A DNA stretch of 64,000 nucleotides from the NCBI GenBank assembly GCA_030065755.1, contig JASJDA010000003.1, positions 5,454-69,453 on the forward strand. The letters run 5' to 3'. This document shows, one piece after another, positions 45,212 to 55,462 of the stretch. Made by a program: the position numbers and the translations under genes. The number at the start of each line of letters is the position of its first letter. The first letter of the stretch is position 1. Source of the stretch: Prochloraceae cyanobacterium. Its GTDB lineage: Bacteria; Cyanobacteriota; Cyanobacteriia; Cyanobacteriales; JASJDA01. Below the pieces are notes generated by a model. The model was not told where the DNA came from. It was given only the letters and a program-made list of their open reading frames with translations, and searched no databases.

Positions 45212-46405
45212 CTAAAAACTACTAATATTTCCTGCTTCCACAGAGAGAATTTGAGAATTTTGCAGCCATTGAGCGTCGAAAGAACCTATATGTGTAGTAG
45301 TAATTAAGGTCTGAAAGTGGTCTTGAATGGCATCGAGAAGCTGATTTTGACGATTGAGATCTAATTCGGCTAAAACATCGTCTAGAAGTAACAGTGGTGG
45401 TTCTCCTATAACTTCTTCAATTAGTTTTAACTCTGCTAATTTTAGTGCTAAAACAAGAGTGCGTTGCTGTCCTTGAGAACCATAAGACTTGGCCGGTGTA
45501 TTGTTAATAGATAACTCTATTTCGTCTCGATGGGGGCCGACAACAGTAGTACCTAAATTTTTTTCGGCTATACGGCGCTGTTCTATTTTCTCTAAAAAGG
45601 CTTGCTGTACTTTTTCTGGCTCGTCTTCTAACCAATTTACATTGGGAGCATATTTTACTTCTAATACCTCAGTTTTACTGCTAATACTGGCGTGCCACGA
45701 TCGAGCTATTGGTGCAAGTCTTTCTATGACTCTAGCTCTTCTGCGGGTTACTCTAGAACCTGTTTCGGCTAATTTTTCGTCCCAGAGTTTGAGTTGTAAT
45801 ATCTGAGGAGAAATTGTTTCTATCTTTGAGGAATAAGAATGTTCAGAAGTTAAATTATAATTGCGATTGCCCTCTGCACAGCGTTTTTCTAAACCGTCGC
45901 GCATTGTTTTTAACAAAGCATTACGCTGTCGCAAAACTTGGTAATACTGATGCAAAATATGAGCATAAATCGGCTCTAACTGAACCAAAAGAGCATCTAC
46001 CCAACTGCGACGACACTCAGGGGCACCTCTAACTAATTCTAAATCTAAGCTAGAAAATTGTACTGAATTGAGAATACCTAAAAAATCCAGATGACGGCGG
46101 AGATTTTCTTTATTGAGGCTGACAGTGCGTCTTCCTTGGCTGCGTAAAGTGACGGCTAATTCTGCTTCGCCATAAATACGTTTTATGTTAGCTTCTATTT
46201 GAGCCGCAGTTTGTCCTTCTTTAACCAAATCGCGATCGCGTCTGGCACGGTGAGTTTTGAGTGTAGACAGCAATTCTACTGCTTCGAGTAGATTGGACTT
46301 ACCTTGAGCGTTGTTTCCTACTAATATGGTCTTTTGAGCGTCAAACTCCACCTGCTGATTCATGTAGTTACGGAACGATCGCAGGTGAAGAGTTTTTAAG
46401 TACAT
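45212..46405 (-). CDS. recF: DNA replication/repair protein RecF
   Basis: FRNY, GNNAQGKSNLLEA, GPHRDE, GSQGQQR, LLLLDDVLAELD. Confidence 0.97.
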   Translation of the reverse strand: MYLKTLHLRSFRNYMNQQVEFDAQKTILVGNNAQGKSNLLEAVELLSTLKTHRARRDRDLVKEGQTAAQIEANIKRIYGEAELAVTLRSQGRRTVSLNKENLRRHLDFLGILNSVQFSSLDLELVRGAPECRRSWVDALLVQLEPIYAHILHQYYQVLRQRNALLKTMRDGLEKRCAEGNRNYNLTSEHSYSSKIETISPQILQLKLWDEKLAETGSRVTRRRARVIERLAPIARSWHASISSKTEVLEVKYAPNVNWLEDEPEKVQQAFLEKIEQRRIAEKNLGTTVVGPHRDEIELSINNTPAKSYGSQGQQRTLVLALKLAELKLIEEVIGEPPLLLLDDVLAELDLNRQNQLLDAIQDHFQTLITTTHIGSFDAQWLQNSQILSVEAGNISSF

Positions 46406-46450
46406 ATATTATCCGGTTTCTATTCCATTGGTAATTTTATCTCTCGCAGA

Positions 46451-46525
46451 GGGGGAGAGGGGGAGAGGGGGGAGAGGGGGAAGCAAGGGGAGAAATTAAT
46501 AACTAACAGCCAACAGCTAACAGCT
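46451..46525 (+). repeat. Compound STRR tract (GGGGAGA then AACAGC(C/T) heptamers)
   Basis: GGGGGAGAGGGGGAGAG... followed by AACAGCCAACAGCTAACAGCT. Confidence 0.8.
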
Positions 46526-47614
46526 TTAACTTAGGCGCTGGCGCAACCATAAGGCCAATAGGGGTAAAGCAATTTTGTAACCTAGTTCTGCACCGTAAAT
46601 TAAGCCTTTGTTTTGCAACCCCGCGATCGCTCCTTGGAGGCTTCCTCCTCTGGAAAGATGGTGTCTGTTGATATATTCTTTACTTTGAGGTTTTTCTGTG
46701 GGATCTATTGCCAAGCATTCTAATAAATGGGCTTGATTGGCAGGAAGTAGGGTCAATAAAGATTCAAAGGTGGTCGAAAGGCTGGATAATATTTCTTGTC
46801 TGGTTTGCTCTACGTCTTCAGAGTTAATTAAGCCTTTTTCTACCCGCAAAGTGGTTAATCGCTTTAATAAACTGGAAGCGTCTCCTATATGCCCCTGTAC
46901 CGCATCTAAGAAGAGTTTTAAAGAGTTCGATCGTGGGTTAAAGGTTAATCCTTCTTTTCTCAAAATGTCCTGCGCCCAAGCTGCAACTACTTCATCTGCT
47001 AAGGGGGTTAATTGCACTGTTTCTAAGTAAAAGTCTTCCTGGTTGCTAATTTCCCCTATAGTTGCCACTAGCACGTAACTCACTGCTGTATGATGCTTTA
47101 TCTCTTTGCGTAAGAATCCCTCCCAAGTTCCCTGGCGATCCCAGTTACGGATGTGAGGAAAGCCGTGCAGAATAATTACCATCTGTCTGCCAATAGTCTT
47201 TGCTACGAGTTGGGGCAGTTGGAGCAATAGCTTGTATGTCAGCCATCGTTGTTCCTGAAGGGCTGCGAGTTTTGGTTTGAATTTACCTTTTTCTATCCTC
47301 TCAAATAACTCTGCCCCCTCTTCAGATAGCCATTGCTCTACTACTTCGTGGGAGGCTGCACTTTTAAAGGTTTTGTTCATTCCCTCGCACAAAAGTTGCA
47401 AAAAGCGCTGGTTATTGGTTGCTCGGACGCAGTCTATATCTAGGGTTTTTGCCCCGACTTCTTTGGCTGCACGGCGTACTAATGTTCGCCGTCCGCTTCC
47501 AGGTACCCCAGCAATAAGTAAGTCTCCATCGCGAGCAAGTGCTTGGGTAATTTGCTGAAATTGAGCTTGTCGCCCAAAGATTTCCAAGGAACTAGAAGTT
47601 TCTAAAACATTCAT
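46526..47614 (-). CDS. P-loop ATP-binding protein with C-terminal wHTH (degenerate Walker motifs)
   Basis: IAGVPGSGRRTL, IILHGF in place of Walker B; C-terminal LSRGGSLQGAIAGLQNKGLI. Confidence 0.75.
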   Translation of the reverse strand: MNVLETSSSLEIFGRQAQFQQITQALARDGDLLIAGVPGSGRRTLVRRAAKEVGAKTLDIDCVRATNNQRFLQLLCEGMNKTFKSAASHEVVEQWLSEEGAELFERIEKGKFKPKLAALQEQRWLTYKLLLQLPQLVAKTIGRQMVIILHGFPHIRNWDRQGTWEGFLRKEIKHHTAVSYVLVATIGEISNQEDFYLETVQLTPLADEVVAAWAQDILRKEGLTFNPRSNSLKLFLDAVQGHIGDASSLLKRLTTLRVEKGLINSEDVEQTRQEILSSLSTTFESLLTLLPANQAHLLECLAIDPTEKPQSKEYINRHHLSRGGSLQGAIAGLQNKGLIYGAELGYKIALPLLALWLRQRLS

Positions 47615-47737
47615 GCAATATCTCTAGAGTTATTTATTACCCTTGGATATAACTTACACCTATAGTTCTCCCATATTGAGTATATTTCTTTACAGATTTA
47701 TTAGTATTTTCTTTTTTAAAAAACTATTTTTCTTCAA

Positions 47738-47992
47738 TTAAGGATGAAGCTCGATCGTGCAATAGATCTTTGTTGGCTTTGATATATTTCCAAGATAAGG
47801 GGAAAATCTTCTGCCAGCGATTATTTTTTTGCCAGTTGATAAAAGTAAAATTAATCTCTGTAAGTAGGTTATCTGAGGATTGCTTTTAGGAGAAACAGGA
47901 GTTTTTATTTCTTTATTGTTACTATTTGAAATGCTGAAAATAATAGCTGTTGACAAAGCGGCTGATACCAACATTTTATAAAAAACTTTCAC
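47738..47992 (-). CDS. Putative small secreted protein
   Basis: GTG start 8 nt after AAGGAG; signal-peptide-like N-terminus; no family recognised. Confidence 0.4.
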   Translation of the reverse strand: MKVFYKMLVSAALSTAIIFSISNSNNKEIKTPVSPKSNPQITYLQRLILLLSTGKKIIAGRRFSPYLGNISKPTKIYCTIELHP

Positions 47993-48078
47993 AAAAAAAA
48001 CTCCTTTGGAACTAAACTTTAATGGATCGATTCGTCACTAAAGTCATGTTCACTTCTAGGAACATTGTCAAAGGAATC

Positions 48079-48116
48079 GACTACCGCGAGTTCTACCTCG
48101 GTAACTCGCGGTAGTT
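48079..48116. other. Strong hairpin (14-bp stem)
   Basis: GACTACCGCGAGTT-CTACCTCGGT-AACTCGCGGTAGTT, downstream of the DUF1611 gene. Confidence 0.6.
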
Positions 48117-48175
48117 CGTGAGGTTTTTAGTTGATTTTTTGCTTGTTAGATTAGCATCTCGTAGGAGAATTAGGA

Positions 48176-48206
48176 GCGATCTCGAAGAGTCCGCGCAGCG
48201 GTGCGC
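48176..48206. repeat. SDR5-like short repeat inserted in a HIP1 site
   Basis: GCGATC|TCGAAGAGTCCGCGCAGCGGT|GC; related inverted copy at 21621-21652. Confidence 0.55.
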
Positions 48207-48219
48207 GGGGCTAAATTTT

Positions 48220-49260
48220 CTAGACGATCGCTATGGCTTCAGAGAGCAACTCTTCAGCGCCAAAACGCACTACGTCAGTGCAAGGTAAACCTGTCTCTTG
48301 CTTGACTTTATCAATTTCTTTTTGGGCGTTTTCTGCATTCAAATGGGCAGTATTAAGGGCGATCGCCTTAACTTTCACGTCTCCAAAAATCCCTCCACCA
48401 GATGCTAGATTTTCGTATAATTTTATTACCTCTGTTAGCGGTGGAATAGCTATCTGTGGTAAATCTAAAAGGTGTTTTTGTCCGGCGCGATGCACCAAGA
48501 CTAGATCGGTTGGTTGAGAGCCGCGAATAAGTGGGAGAGTAGCCGAGGAACCTGGATGAAGTATAGATCCTTGTCCTTCAATTATTAGTAAAAAGTATTC
48601 GTCAGCAAAATCGAGTACCATCTTTTCTACCGCACCAGCAGCAAAATCTACTCGCACCGCATCAAGAGGTACCCCATCACCAGCGATCGCCAATCCCCCT
48701 TGTCCAGTTGCTAGAAACTTAGATTCTATTCCTTTCTTTTGCGCTGCTCTATATAACTCTACAGCTGTGGACATCTTACCTATTCCCATATCCGTACCCA
48801 CAGTAACGAGACGTTTTCCTGGGAGCGATCGCGCCTTACCCGTTCCAATGCTTAAATTTTTCGGTTCTTGGCGAATATCCCAAATCCACTGTCCTGGTTG
48901 CAAATTCCCAAATATTAATGCCATGGGGACGTGCAACCCATTCACTACCGACAACCCCATTTCTACTGCTTGTTTTATTTCTAGCCACCAACTTTCGGGT
49001 AATGACCCCCCTGAAGGAGCAATACCTATTAGGAGAACGTTTGGATTGTGTTGCAACGCTTCTGATACGCTAGCTACGATCGGTACTTTTTTCTCTATCC
49101 CTGTTAATCTTGACAAAGATTCCCCAGCACATTGTTCGTCAATTAAGGCAACTACTGAGGCTTGGCCATAGCGCAGATATGATAGCCCTGTTTTTCCTTG
49201 GTGGCTGCGAATTCCTTCGTGTAGTAAAATAGCAACCCGATGTTCAGCTAAAAGACGCAC
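48220..49260 (-). CDS. DUF1611 protein (D-glutamate N-acetyltransferase DgcN-like)
   Basis: GKTG, NGLH, VGTDMGIGKMST, ATGQGG, DFAAGAVE, IEGQGSILHP; coupled to the epimerase. Confidence 0.85.
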   Translation of the reverse strand: MRLLAEHRVAILLHEGIRSHQGKTGLSYLRYGQASVVALIDEQCAGESLSRLTGIEKKVPIVASVSEALQHNPNVLLIGIAPSGGSLPESWWLEIKQAVEMGLSVVNGLHVPMALIFGNLQPGQWIWDIRQEPKNLSIGTGKARSLPGKRLVTVGTDMGIGKMSTAVELYRAAQKKGIESKFLATGQGGLAIAGDGVPLDAVRVDFAAGAVEKMVLDFADEYFLLIIEGQGSILHPGSSATLPLIRGSQPTDLVLVHRAGQKHLLDLPQIAIPPLTEVIKLYENLASGGGIFGDVKVKAIALNTAHLNAENAQKEIDKVKQETGLPCTDVVRFGAEELLSEAIAIV

Positions 49261-50299
49261 GGTATTCTACCCCTATTCCTGGTAAGTTATTTGGCAGCAA
49301 ACGTCCTTGTTGTAAGATTGCTCCCGTAAATGGATCGTCCCTCAAATTTAGATGGCTGTCTAGATCCAAATAATCAGCCAGAGGTGCGAGGTGAGACATA
49401 GCCGTGTTTGCTAAAGTACTGTCAGAATAGCAACCAAACATTACTTTCAAACCGCAAGCTTTGGCAATTTGGATCGATCTCATCACCTCGGTTAACCCTC
49501 CAGCTTTCATTATTTTGATATTAACGCCACAGACGCAGTTAGCTAACTTAGGAATATCTCTGCTGCTAAAACAACTCTCGTCTGCAAAAATTGGCAGTGG
49601 GGATTTTTGATGCAACGCGAACAAGTTTTTCTCCTCTCCCACTGCTAGGGGTTGTTCGACAAATTCTACATTTCCCAATTCTGCCAGCCAATTACACATC
49701 GAGTAAGCTTCATCTAAATTCCATCCTCCATTGGCATCTATGCTTAAGGTAGCATTTGGCGCTTCTTCTTTAACTGCTAACAACATTTGGCGATCGGCTT
49801 CAATTCCTTGAGGATTGCCCAATTTCACTTTTAATATTTTGACATCCATCAATTGCTGCCAGTCGCGCACTCTTTGTTTTACCGCCTCTTGGGAGTTTAT
49901 CCCTACTGTTACTGAGGTTGGTACGATGCGATCGCGATCTAACCCCCACAAACGCCACAGAGGTAAACCTACTCGTTTTCCCAGCCAATCGTGTAATGCC
50001 ATGTCGATGGCGCTTCGCACTGATGATGACACTTGTAATTCTTTCAATATCTCTTCAATTGACTGTCTTTGGTAGGGGCTGAATTTTTCTAGTTTAGGGA
50101 TAATTTGTTGCAATTCGGTGACAAGTCGATCGCTACTGTATTTTTCACCAACTATAGAAAATGCCGAAGCCTCTCCCCAGCCTTCAATTCCTTCCTCTTT
50201 TACCCGCACCCAGATATTCGTTGTTTGGGAGGTGGTGCCGCGACTAATAGTTAAAGGAAATCGCTTGGAAATAGTGAAAGTCTCAACTGCAAAATCCAT
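49244..50299 (-). CDS. Enolase-superfamily dipeptide epimerase (L-Ala-D/L-Glu epimerase / DgcA-like)
   Basis: GWGEA, KVKLG, DANGGW, EQP, ADESC, NIKIMKAGG, DLD. Confidence 0.9.
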   Translation of the reverse strand: MDFAVETFTISKRFPLTISRGTTSQTTNIWVRVKEEGIEGWGEASAFSIVGEKYSSDRLVTELQQIIPKLEKFSPYQRQSIEEILKELQVSSSVRSAIDMALHDWLGKRVGLPLWRLWGLDRDRIVPTSVTVGINSQEAVKQRVRDWQQLMDVKILKVKLGNPQGIEADRQMLLAVKEEAPNATLSIDANGGWNLDEAYSMCNWLAELGNVEFVEQPLAVGEEKNLFALHQKSPLPIFADESCFSSRDIPKLANCVCGVNIKIMKAGGLTEVMRSIQIAKACGLKVMFGCYSDSTLANTAMSHLAPLADYLDLDSHLNLRDDPFTGAILQQGRLLPNNLPGIGVEYRASFS

Positions 50300-50385
50300 T
50301 TTTTCAACTTAATTTTAAACTATAGTTTTTGTTAAATTAGGTAATGGTGCTTTACGAGCAAGTCATCTACAAAGTTCTTAATTTT

Positions 50386-50955
50386 ATGACTACTTTAAAC
50401 AAATGGAAAACCCTTAATTCTCAATTGGTTTTGAACAATAAATGGTGTCGAGTCAAGCAAGATACTGTCAAATTATCTAATGGGACAATAATTGACGATT
50501 ATTTTATTAATATTAGACCTGACATTGCTTTAGTTTTCCCAGTAACTAAAAACAAAGAAGTTATTTTTGTGCGTCAATATCGTCACGGGGTAGAAGAGAT
50601 ATTATTAGAACTTCCTGCTGGCAGTTTTGATGCCGATCGAGAGGATAGCCTGAGCGCAGCACGTCGAGAATTAGAGGAGGAAACGGGATATATTAGTGAA
50701 AAATTGATTCAATTACCGGCATTATACGACAATCCTGTTAAAGACACCAACAAAATTTATCTTTTCCTTGCCCTAGATGCCACTCCGATTGGAAAACAAA
50801 ATTTTGATATAACCGAAGATATTGAAATAGAATTAATTCCGCTAATAGAAATAAAAGAAAGGATATTTACCGGAGAAATTTGCGTTTCTGGTAGTGTTTC
50901 TGCCCTTTTTTTGGGACTAGATTATCTTTCTCAATTAGATTATAACCAAAAGTAA
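50386..50955 (+). CDS. NUDIX hydrolase (ADP-ribose pyrophosphatase-like)
   Basis: RQYRHG, ELPAG, Nudix box AARRELEEETGY. ATG at 50386 preferred. Confidence 0.92.
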   Translation: MTTLNKWKTLNSQLVLNNKWCRVKQDTVKLSNGTIIDDYFINIRPDIALVFPVTKNKEVIFVRQYRHGVEEILLELPAGSFDADREDSLSAARRELEEETGYISEKLIQLPALYDNPVKDTNKIYLFLALDATPIGKQNFDITEDIEIELIPLIEIKERIFTGEICVSGSVSALFLGLDYLSQLDYNQK

Positions 50956-50984
50956 TAAGCTTTAAGAAATAACCCAAAAATCAC

Positions 50985-51299
50985 CTAATGTTTTGATTCG
51001 TAATGAGGACAATCATCACAAGGGCCAGAGGGATTAACAGCACAGCGAATATAAGGAGAGCGAGCATTATAGCGACAACTCAGGTTGCCAATAAAATAAC
51101 TGTGGACTTCTTCTACTTGCTCCCATTCATCATCATCAGGCGGGCACGTGCTTCCCCTTCTTCGTCTCTCAAAAGTCATAGGGCGAATATATCTGGGTCT
51201 TCTCGGCCATCGCCGCTTAAATTTGGGCAGTAACACCAAATAAAGTAGTGAAGGAATGAGACTAATGAGCAAAATAATGAGGATAATCTCGATCGCCAT
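50985..51299 (-). CDS. DUF6464-family protein (TM + Cys-rich C-terminus)
   Basis: IGNLSCRYNARSPYIRCAVNPSGPCDDCPHYE. Confidence 0.8.
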   Translation of the reverse strand: MAIEIILIILLISLIPSLLYLVLLPKFKRRWPRRPRYIRPMTFERRRRGSTCPPDDDEWEQVEEVHSYFIGNLSCRYNARSPYIRCAVNPSGPCDDCPHYESKH

Positions 51300-51546
51300 A
51301 CTTTCCGATTTAGGTATTTTAAGTTAGTTACTACAGCCTGGACTTAATAAATAGTGGGCTAAGGGTTTTGTATTTTATACGCTGTAGCCTTTTTGATATG
51401 CTGCTAGCGCGACATTTATAATCTCATTATCTCAAAAGCTCAAAGACCTAAATCTAAAGAGTTTTCAAATTTTTTACCCCGTATCTGAAGATACGGGGCT
51501 ATCAATTGCAATTGTTTAGTTTATACTATTATTTTCTTGTTGCTCG

Positions 51547-51933
51547 TTAATAAACGTAAGTTTTCATCTTTTCTGGGTGATTTGCTTGTAAGGAAAATCC
51601 CCGATCGATTTCTTTGACAGTAATTTTTTTAGCTTGAAGTGCTGTTGTAAGAAAGTCTACTGCTTCTTCCGGCTTCCCTTGACCGCAAAAAAATAGATCG
51701 GCTGCAAAATAGCCGTATTCTGGCCAAGTGTGAATGGCAATGTGAGATTCTGCTAAAGTTGCTGTTGCGGTTACTCCATGGGGACTAAACTGGTGTACGC
51801 ATAAATCAATCAGAGTTGCTTCTCCGGCACAAACAGCGTCTGTAATAGCGCTGCGAATGCGATCGGGGTCGTTTAGCAGGTCTGTTGGTGCTTCCCATGC
51901 ATCTACTACCAAGTGAGTTCCCACTTTTACCAT
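51547..51933 (-). CDS. speD: S-adenosylmethionine decarboxylase-family proenzyme
   Basis: GTHLVVD, HQFSPHGVT, LAE-SHIAIHTWPE pyruvoyl cleavage site, DLFFCG. ATG at 51933. Confidence 0.9.
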   Translation of the reverse strand: MVKVGTHLVVDAWEAPTDLLNDPDRIRSAITDAVCAGEATLIDLCVHQFSPHGVTATATLAESHIAIHTWPEYGYFAADLFFCGQGKPEEAVDFLTTALQAKKITVKEIDRGFSLQANHPEKMKTYVY

Positions 51934-52041
51934 TCTTTTCAATCTACTCCATCGTAAAAATCCCAAGCTATTTAGGTATAACACATGATTATCTATTCCT
52001 CAATAGAACTACCTTAGAGGTTTGGGAGGTCTGAGAGAATA

Positions 52042-53037
52042 TTATATTGCTATTTGCGTACCATTAGGCATAATTGTTTTTTCTAAAGATGCAGCTAGAA
52101 AATTAGTTTTGCTGAGGTTGGCTCCAATAAGATTAGCTTCATTGAGGTTAGTTCCACTCAAATTAGCACCCTTTAAATCGCTCAGTAATAAACCAGCTTG
52201 GAATAAGTTGGCTCCAGAGAGATTAGCATTACATAGTTTAGCATTAAGCAAGCTACTTCCTGTTAGGTTAGCTTGAGTTAATTGAGTTTGTTTGAGGTTG
52301 GCTGACTTGAGTTTTGCTTCTTGTAGATTCGCTTTATTTAAGTTAGCACCAGTTAAATTAGCTCCTTCTAGATTAGTTCCTTCTAGATTAGCTCCTTCTA
52401 GATTAGCTCCTTTTAAATTAGCTCCCCGCAGATCGGCTAAACTTAGATCGGCTTGCTTTAAATTTGCTTTTTGCAGATTGGCTCGATTTAATGAAGCTCT
52501 AATTAATATTGTTTGGGTGAGATTGGCTCTACTTAAATTAGCTTCTGAGAGTATCGCTTTTGTGAAAATGGCACGCTCTAAATTAGCATCACAAAGAATT
52601 GCTCTGGTTAGAGTAGCTGCGGTGAGATTGGCCGATCTTAGTTGAGTTTCGCTCAGTTGGGCTTGAATTAAACTACTGCTAACTAAACAGGCATTGCTGA
52701 GATCCGCTTTGTAGATATTAGCATGACAAAGAATTGCACCACTTAAGTCTGCTTCTACTAAAATCGCTTCCGTTAGTATTGCATTAGATAAGGTAGTCTC
52801 AACTAGTTTGGCTTTAGATAAGTTTCCTTGACTCAAATCTATACTATTTAAGTTAGAAGCAATTAATTTAACTTCACTTAAATTTGCTCCTCTCAGCTTT
52901 GCTTGGCGAAGATTGATACGATTGAGATTAGCTTTAACTAACTTTGCTTTAATCAATTTGATTCCAGTAAAATTACGCTCTCCTTTTCTATATCTTGTCA
53001 AAATTACATTGCCACTGTCTAGATTGCTGGTATTCAT
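52042..53037 (-). CDS. Pentapeptide repeat protein
   Basis: YRKGERNFTG then a long run of A(N/D)LxX repeats ending IMPNG. ATG at 53037 preferred. Confidence 0.93.
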   Translation of the reverse strand: MNTSNLDSGNVILTRYRKGERNFTGIKLIKAKLVKANLNRINLRQAKLRGANLSEVKLIASNLNSIDLSQGNLSKAKLVETTLSNAILTEAILVEADLSGAILCHANIYKADLSNACLVSSSLIQAQLSETQLRSANLTAATLTRAILCDANLERAIFTKAILSEANLSRANLTQTILIRASLNRANLQKANLKQADLSLADLRGANLKGANLEGANLEGTNLEGANLTGANLNKANLQEAKLKSANLKQTQLTQANLTGSSLLNAKLCNANLSGANLFQAGLLLSDLKGANLSGTNLNEANLIGANLSKTNFLAASLEKTIMPNGTQIAI

Positions 53038-53914
53038 AAAAAAGGTAAAAACAGTATGTTTTTTACTGATAAAGTTCTGTATTTTTCTCTGATATCTCAA
53101 AAATAGAGCCAATATCTTCTACTATTTGGATAGAAACTAATAGATCGATAGCTCAGTTTTTTAGTAGTAATAAAAAGTAGATTTTGAAACTATTTAGATA
53201 TTAGATTTCGTTCCCTCTATTGGAATTTTCTACCTCATTACCTAAAAATTTTATTCGTAGAGTTATTTATGATGAGGGCTGGTTGCGAATAGTTTTAATG
53301 TTATTTTTTAGTAGAACACTCTACTCCCTTTGAAGACATCGAACCAAAAGTACTATCGCTATAGATAGTCTGTCCCCAGACCTATACATTCTCTCCAACC
53401 AGGTCTGGGCATTAAACTAGAAAAGTCTTTTGACTTAGTTATTCTACTCGAATCTGTTTTTTCTTCTAAATCTCTGCTCAGTATCATAAAGTTATGAGCA
53501 TGTCTATTTTAAGCTTATACTAGCTAAGTTTTAGTTTTTGTAATTGCACACTTTAGACTTGACACCTAGATCTTTATAGGCATAAATATCTATCGATGCC
53601 AACATTTACTCCAAGGCTAAATTTCCTAGAATTGGTGCATTATAAATTACACCTCAAGGATAGTAGATTAAATGAGTATTTTACAAGATAACTCTAACAA
53701 ATATTCATTATAGCCCAACAACAAAAATGGTAAGATTGTTTTTTACGCGCACGGTCTGGGATAAAACCCTAGCAGGCGCCATCTTGAGGGGATTGCGATC
53801 GCAATCTCGAAGAGGTTCGATCCAAAAACAAACAACAAATAACGAATAGCCAATAACCAATAACAATCCAGATATTATAGTTAAGCTCTTTTTACAAACA
53901 ACAACTAACTAACC

Positions 53915-55003
53915 ATGACCGGACAATACCGCATTACCCTTCTACCTGGCGATGGCATTGGCCCTGAAATTATGTCGGTAACGGTAGAATTACTGAAAGT
54001 TATTGGCGAGAAATTTAATATCCAGTTTGATTTTACTGAAGCAGTTATTGGGGGTGCGGCGATCGACGCTACAGGAGAACCCCTACCCGCCAAAACTCTA
54101 GAAATTTGTCGCAATAGCGATGCGGTGTTACTAGCGGCTATTGGCGGTTATAAATGGGATAATTTACCTCGTCACCAACGCCCAGAAACGGGATTGTTAG
54201 GATTGAGGGCAGGATTGGGTTTATTTGCTAATTTGCGACCAGCTACTATTTTCCCTCAATTGGTCGATGCTTCTACCCTCAAACGGGAAGTCGTTGAAGG
54301 GGTAGATGTTATGGTGGTGCGAGAACTAACTGGCGGTATTTATTTCGGTCAACCTAAAGGTATTTTTGCCACGGAGACGGGGCAAAAACGGGGGGTAAAT
54401 ACCATGGGTTATACCGAAGCTGAAATCGATCGCATTGCTAAAGTGGGGTTTGAAACGGCACAAAAACGCTCTGGCAAACTTTGCTCGGTGGATAAGGCAA
54501 ATGTCTTGGACGTGTCTCAATTGTGGCGCGATCGCGTTACTAACATGGCTCAGGAATATCCGGATGTGGAACTATCTCACCTCTACGTAGATAATGCTGC
54601 CATGCAGCTAGTTCGCGCCCCCAAACAATTCGATACTATTGTTACGGGCAATCTCTTTGGGGATATCCTCTCCGATATTTCTGCTATGCTTACTGGCAGT
54701 ATAGGGATGTTACCCTCTGCTAGTTTAGGTGCTGACGGCCCTGGCCTGTTTGAACCCGTCCACGGTTCTGCTCCCGATATAGCAGGTCAAAATAAAGCTA
54801 ATCCTTTGGCTATGGTTTTGAGTGCGGCTATGATGCTGCGCTACGAACTAAATCAACCTCAGGCAGCTAACAGCATAGAAAAGGCAGTAAGTCAAGTCTT
54901 AGAAAGAGGCGATCGAACGGGAGATATTATGTCAGAAGGAATGAATCTCTTGGGCTGTACTGCTATGGGAGAAGCTTTAATAGAAGTTATAAAAATACAA
55001 TAA
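53915..55003 (+). CDS. leuB: 3-isopropylmalate dehydrogenase
   Basis: [48 protein letters not shown]. Confidence 0.98.
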   Translation: MTGQYRITLLPGDGIGPEIMSVTVELLKVIGEKFNIQFDFTEAVIGGAAIDATGEPLPAKTLEICRNSDAVLLAAIGGYKWDNLPRHQRPETGLLGLRAGLGLFANLRPATIFPQLVDASTLKREVVEGVDVMVVRELTGGIYFGQPKGIFATETGQKRGVNTMGYTEAEIDRIAKVGFETAQKRSGKLCSVDKANVLDVSQLWRDRVTNMAQEYPDVELSHLYVDNAAMQLVRAPKQFDTIVTGNLFGDILSDISAMLTGSIGMLPSASLGADGPGLFEPVHGSAPDIAGQNKANPLAMVLSAAMMLRYELNQPQAANSIEKAVSQVLERGDRTGDIMSEGMNLLGCTAMGEALIEVIKIQ

Positions 55004-55068
55004 AATTTATCTTTACCTCTTGCCAACAAAAACAAGGTATTATATTTGGCTAGATCCTACTGGGATCG

Positions 55069-55347
55069 ATGAGACAGAGACAGGTGACTAAAATAATGTC
55101 GAGAACCTCAGAGATGGAAATGGATCGAGCTAAAATTCCCATATCCCTAGATCCAATATTACTAAGAGCAGCGCGAAAAACCTATCAAACTTACTCTCAG
55201 TTACACTCTAAATTACCTAAAATTCCTCTAGGCGTAGTCATAAATCGGTATAATTACCGAGGTCATTTGATTTTTCGCAAAAAACCCATTCTATTGCCAG
55301 GGGAATCTTTCATACCCTTAAATCAGCTAGAAGAGCAATTTTATTAA
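55069..55347 (+). CDS. Conserved cyanobacterial-type hypothetical protein
   Basis: DPILLRAARKTY...PLGV...GHLIF..KPILLPGE. Start uncertain (55069, 55096 or 55120). Confidence 0.7.
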   Translation: MRQRQVTKIMSRTSEMEMDRAKIPISLDPILLRAARKTYQTYSQLHSKLPKIPLGVVINRYNYRGHLIFRKKPILLPGESFIPLNQLEEQFY

Positions 55348-55462
55348 TCCCGATCGACAGTCCGATAGATTGGGGTATAATCACTAGATTAACTTTAAAA
55401 CCGATAGAGATACCACTGTAAATTTACTGAACTTGTAAGAGATTCTCAATCTCGACAATGAA

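Noticed and set aside
48220-50299. DUF1611 + epimerase pair as a novel system
   Set aside because: Matches the known DgcN/DgcA-type D-glutamate and peptidoglycan-recycling pair, widespread in bacteria.
51477-51498. CCCCGTATC-TGAA-GATACGGGG hairpin as a second IS end
   Set aside because: No partner end or guide tetramer context recognised; it could simply be a 3' stem of the speD transcript.
53800-53825. GGTTCGATCC as a tRNA T-arm
   Set aside because: No T-stem pairing, acceptor stem or anticodon arm can be built; it overlaps a HIP1/SDR-like fragment.
53727-53849. 40-aa ORF upstream of leuB as an attenuator leader peptide
   Set aside because: Only four scattered Leu codons, no RBS and no terminator/antiterminator pair seen.
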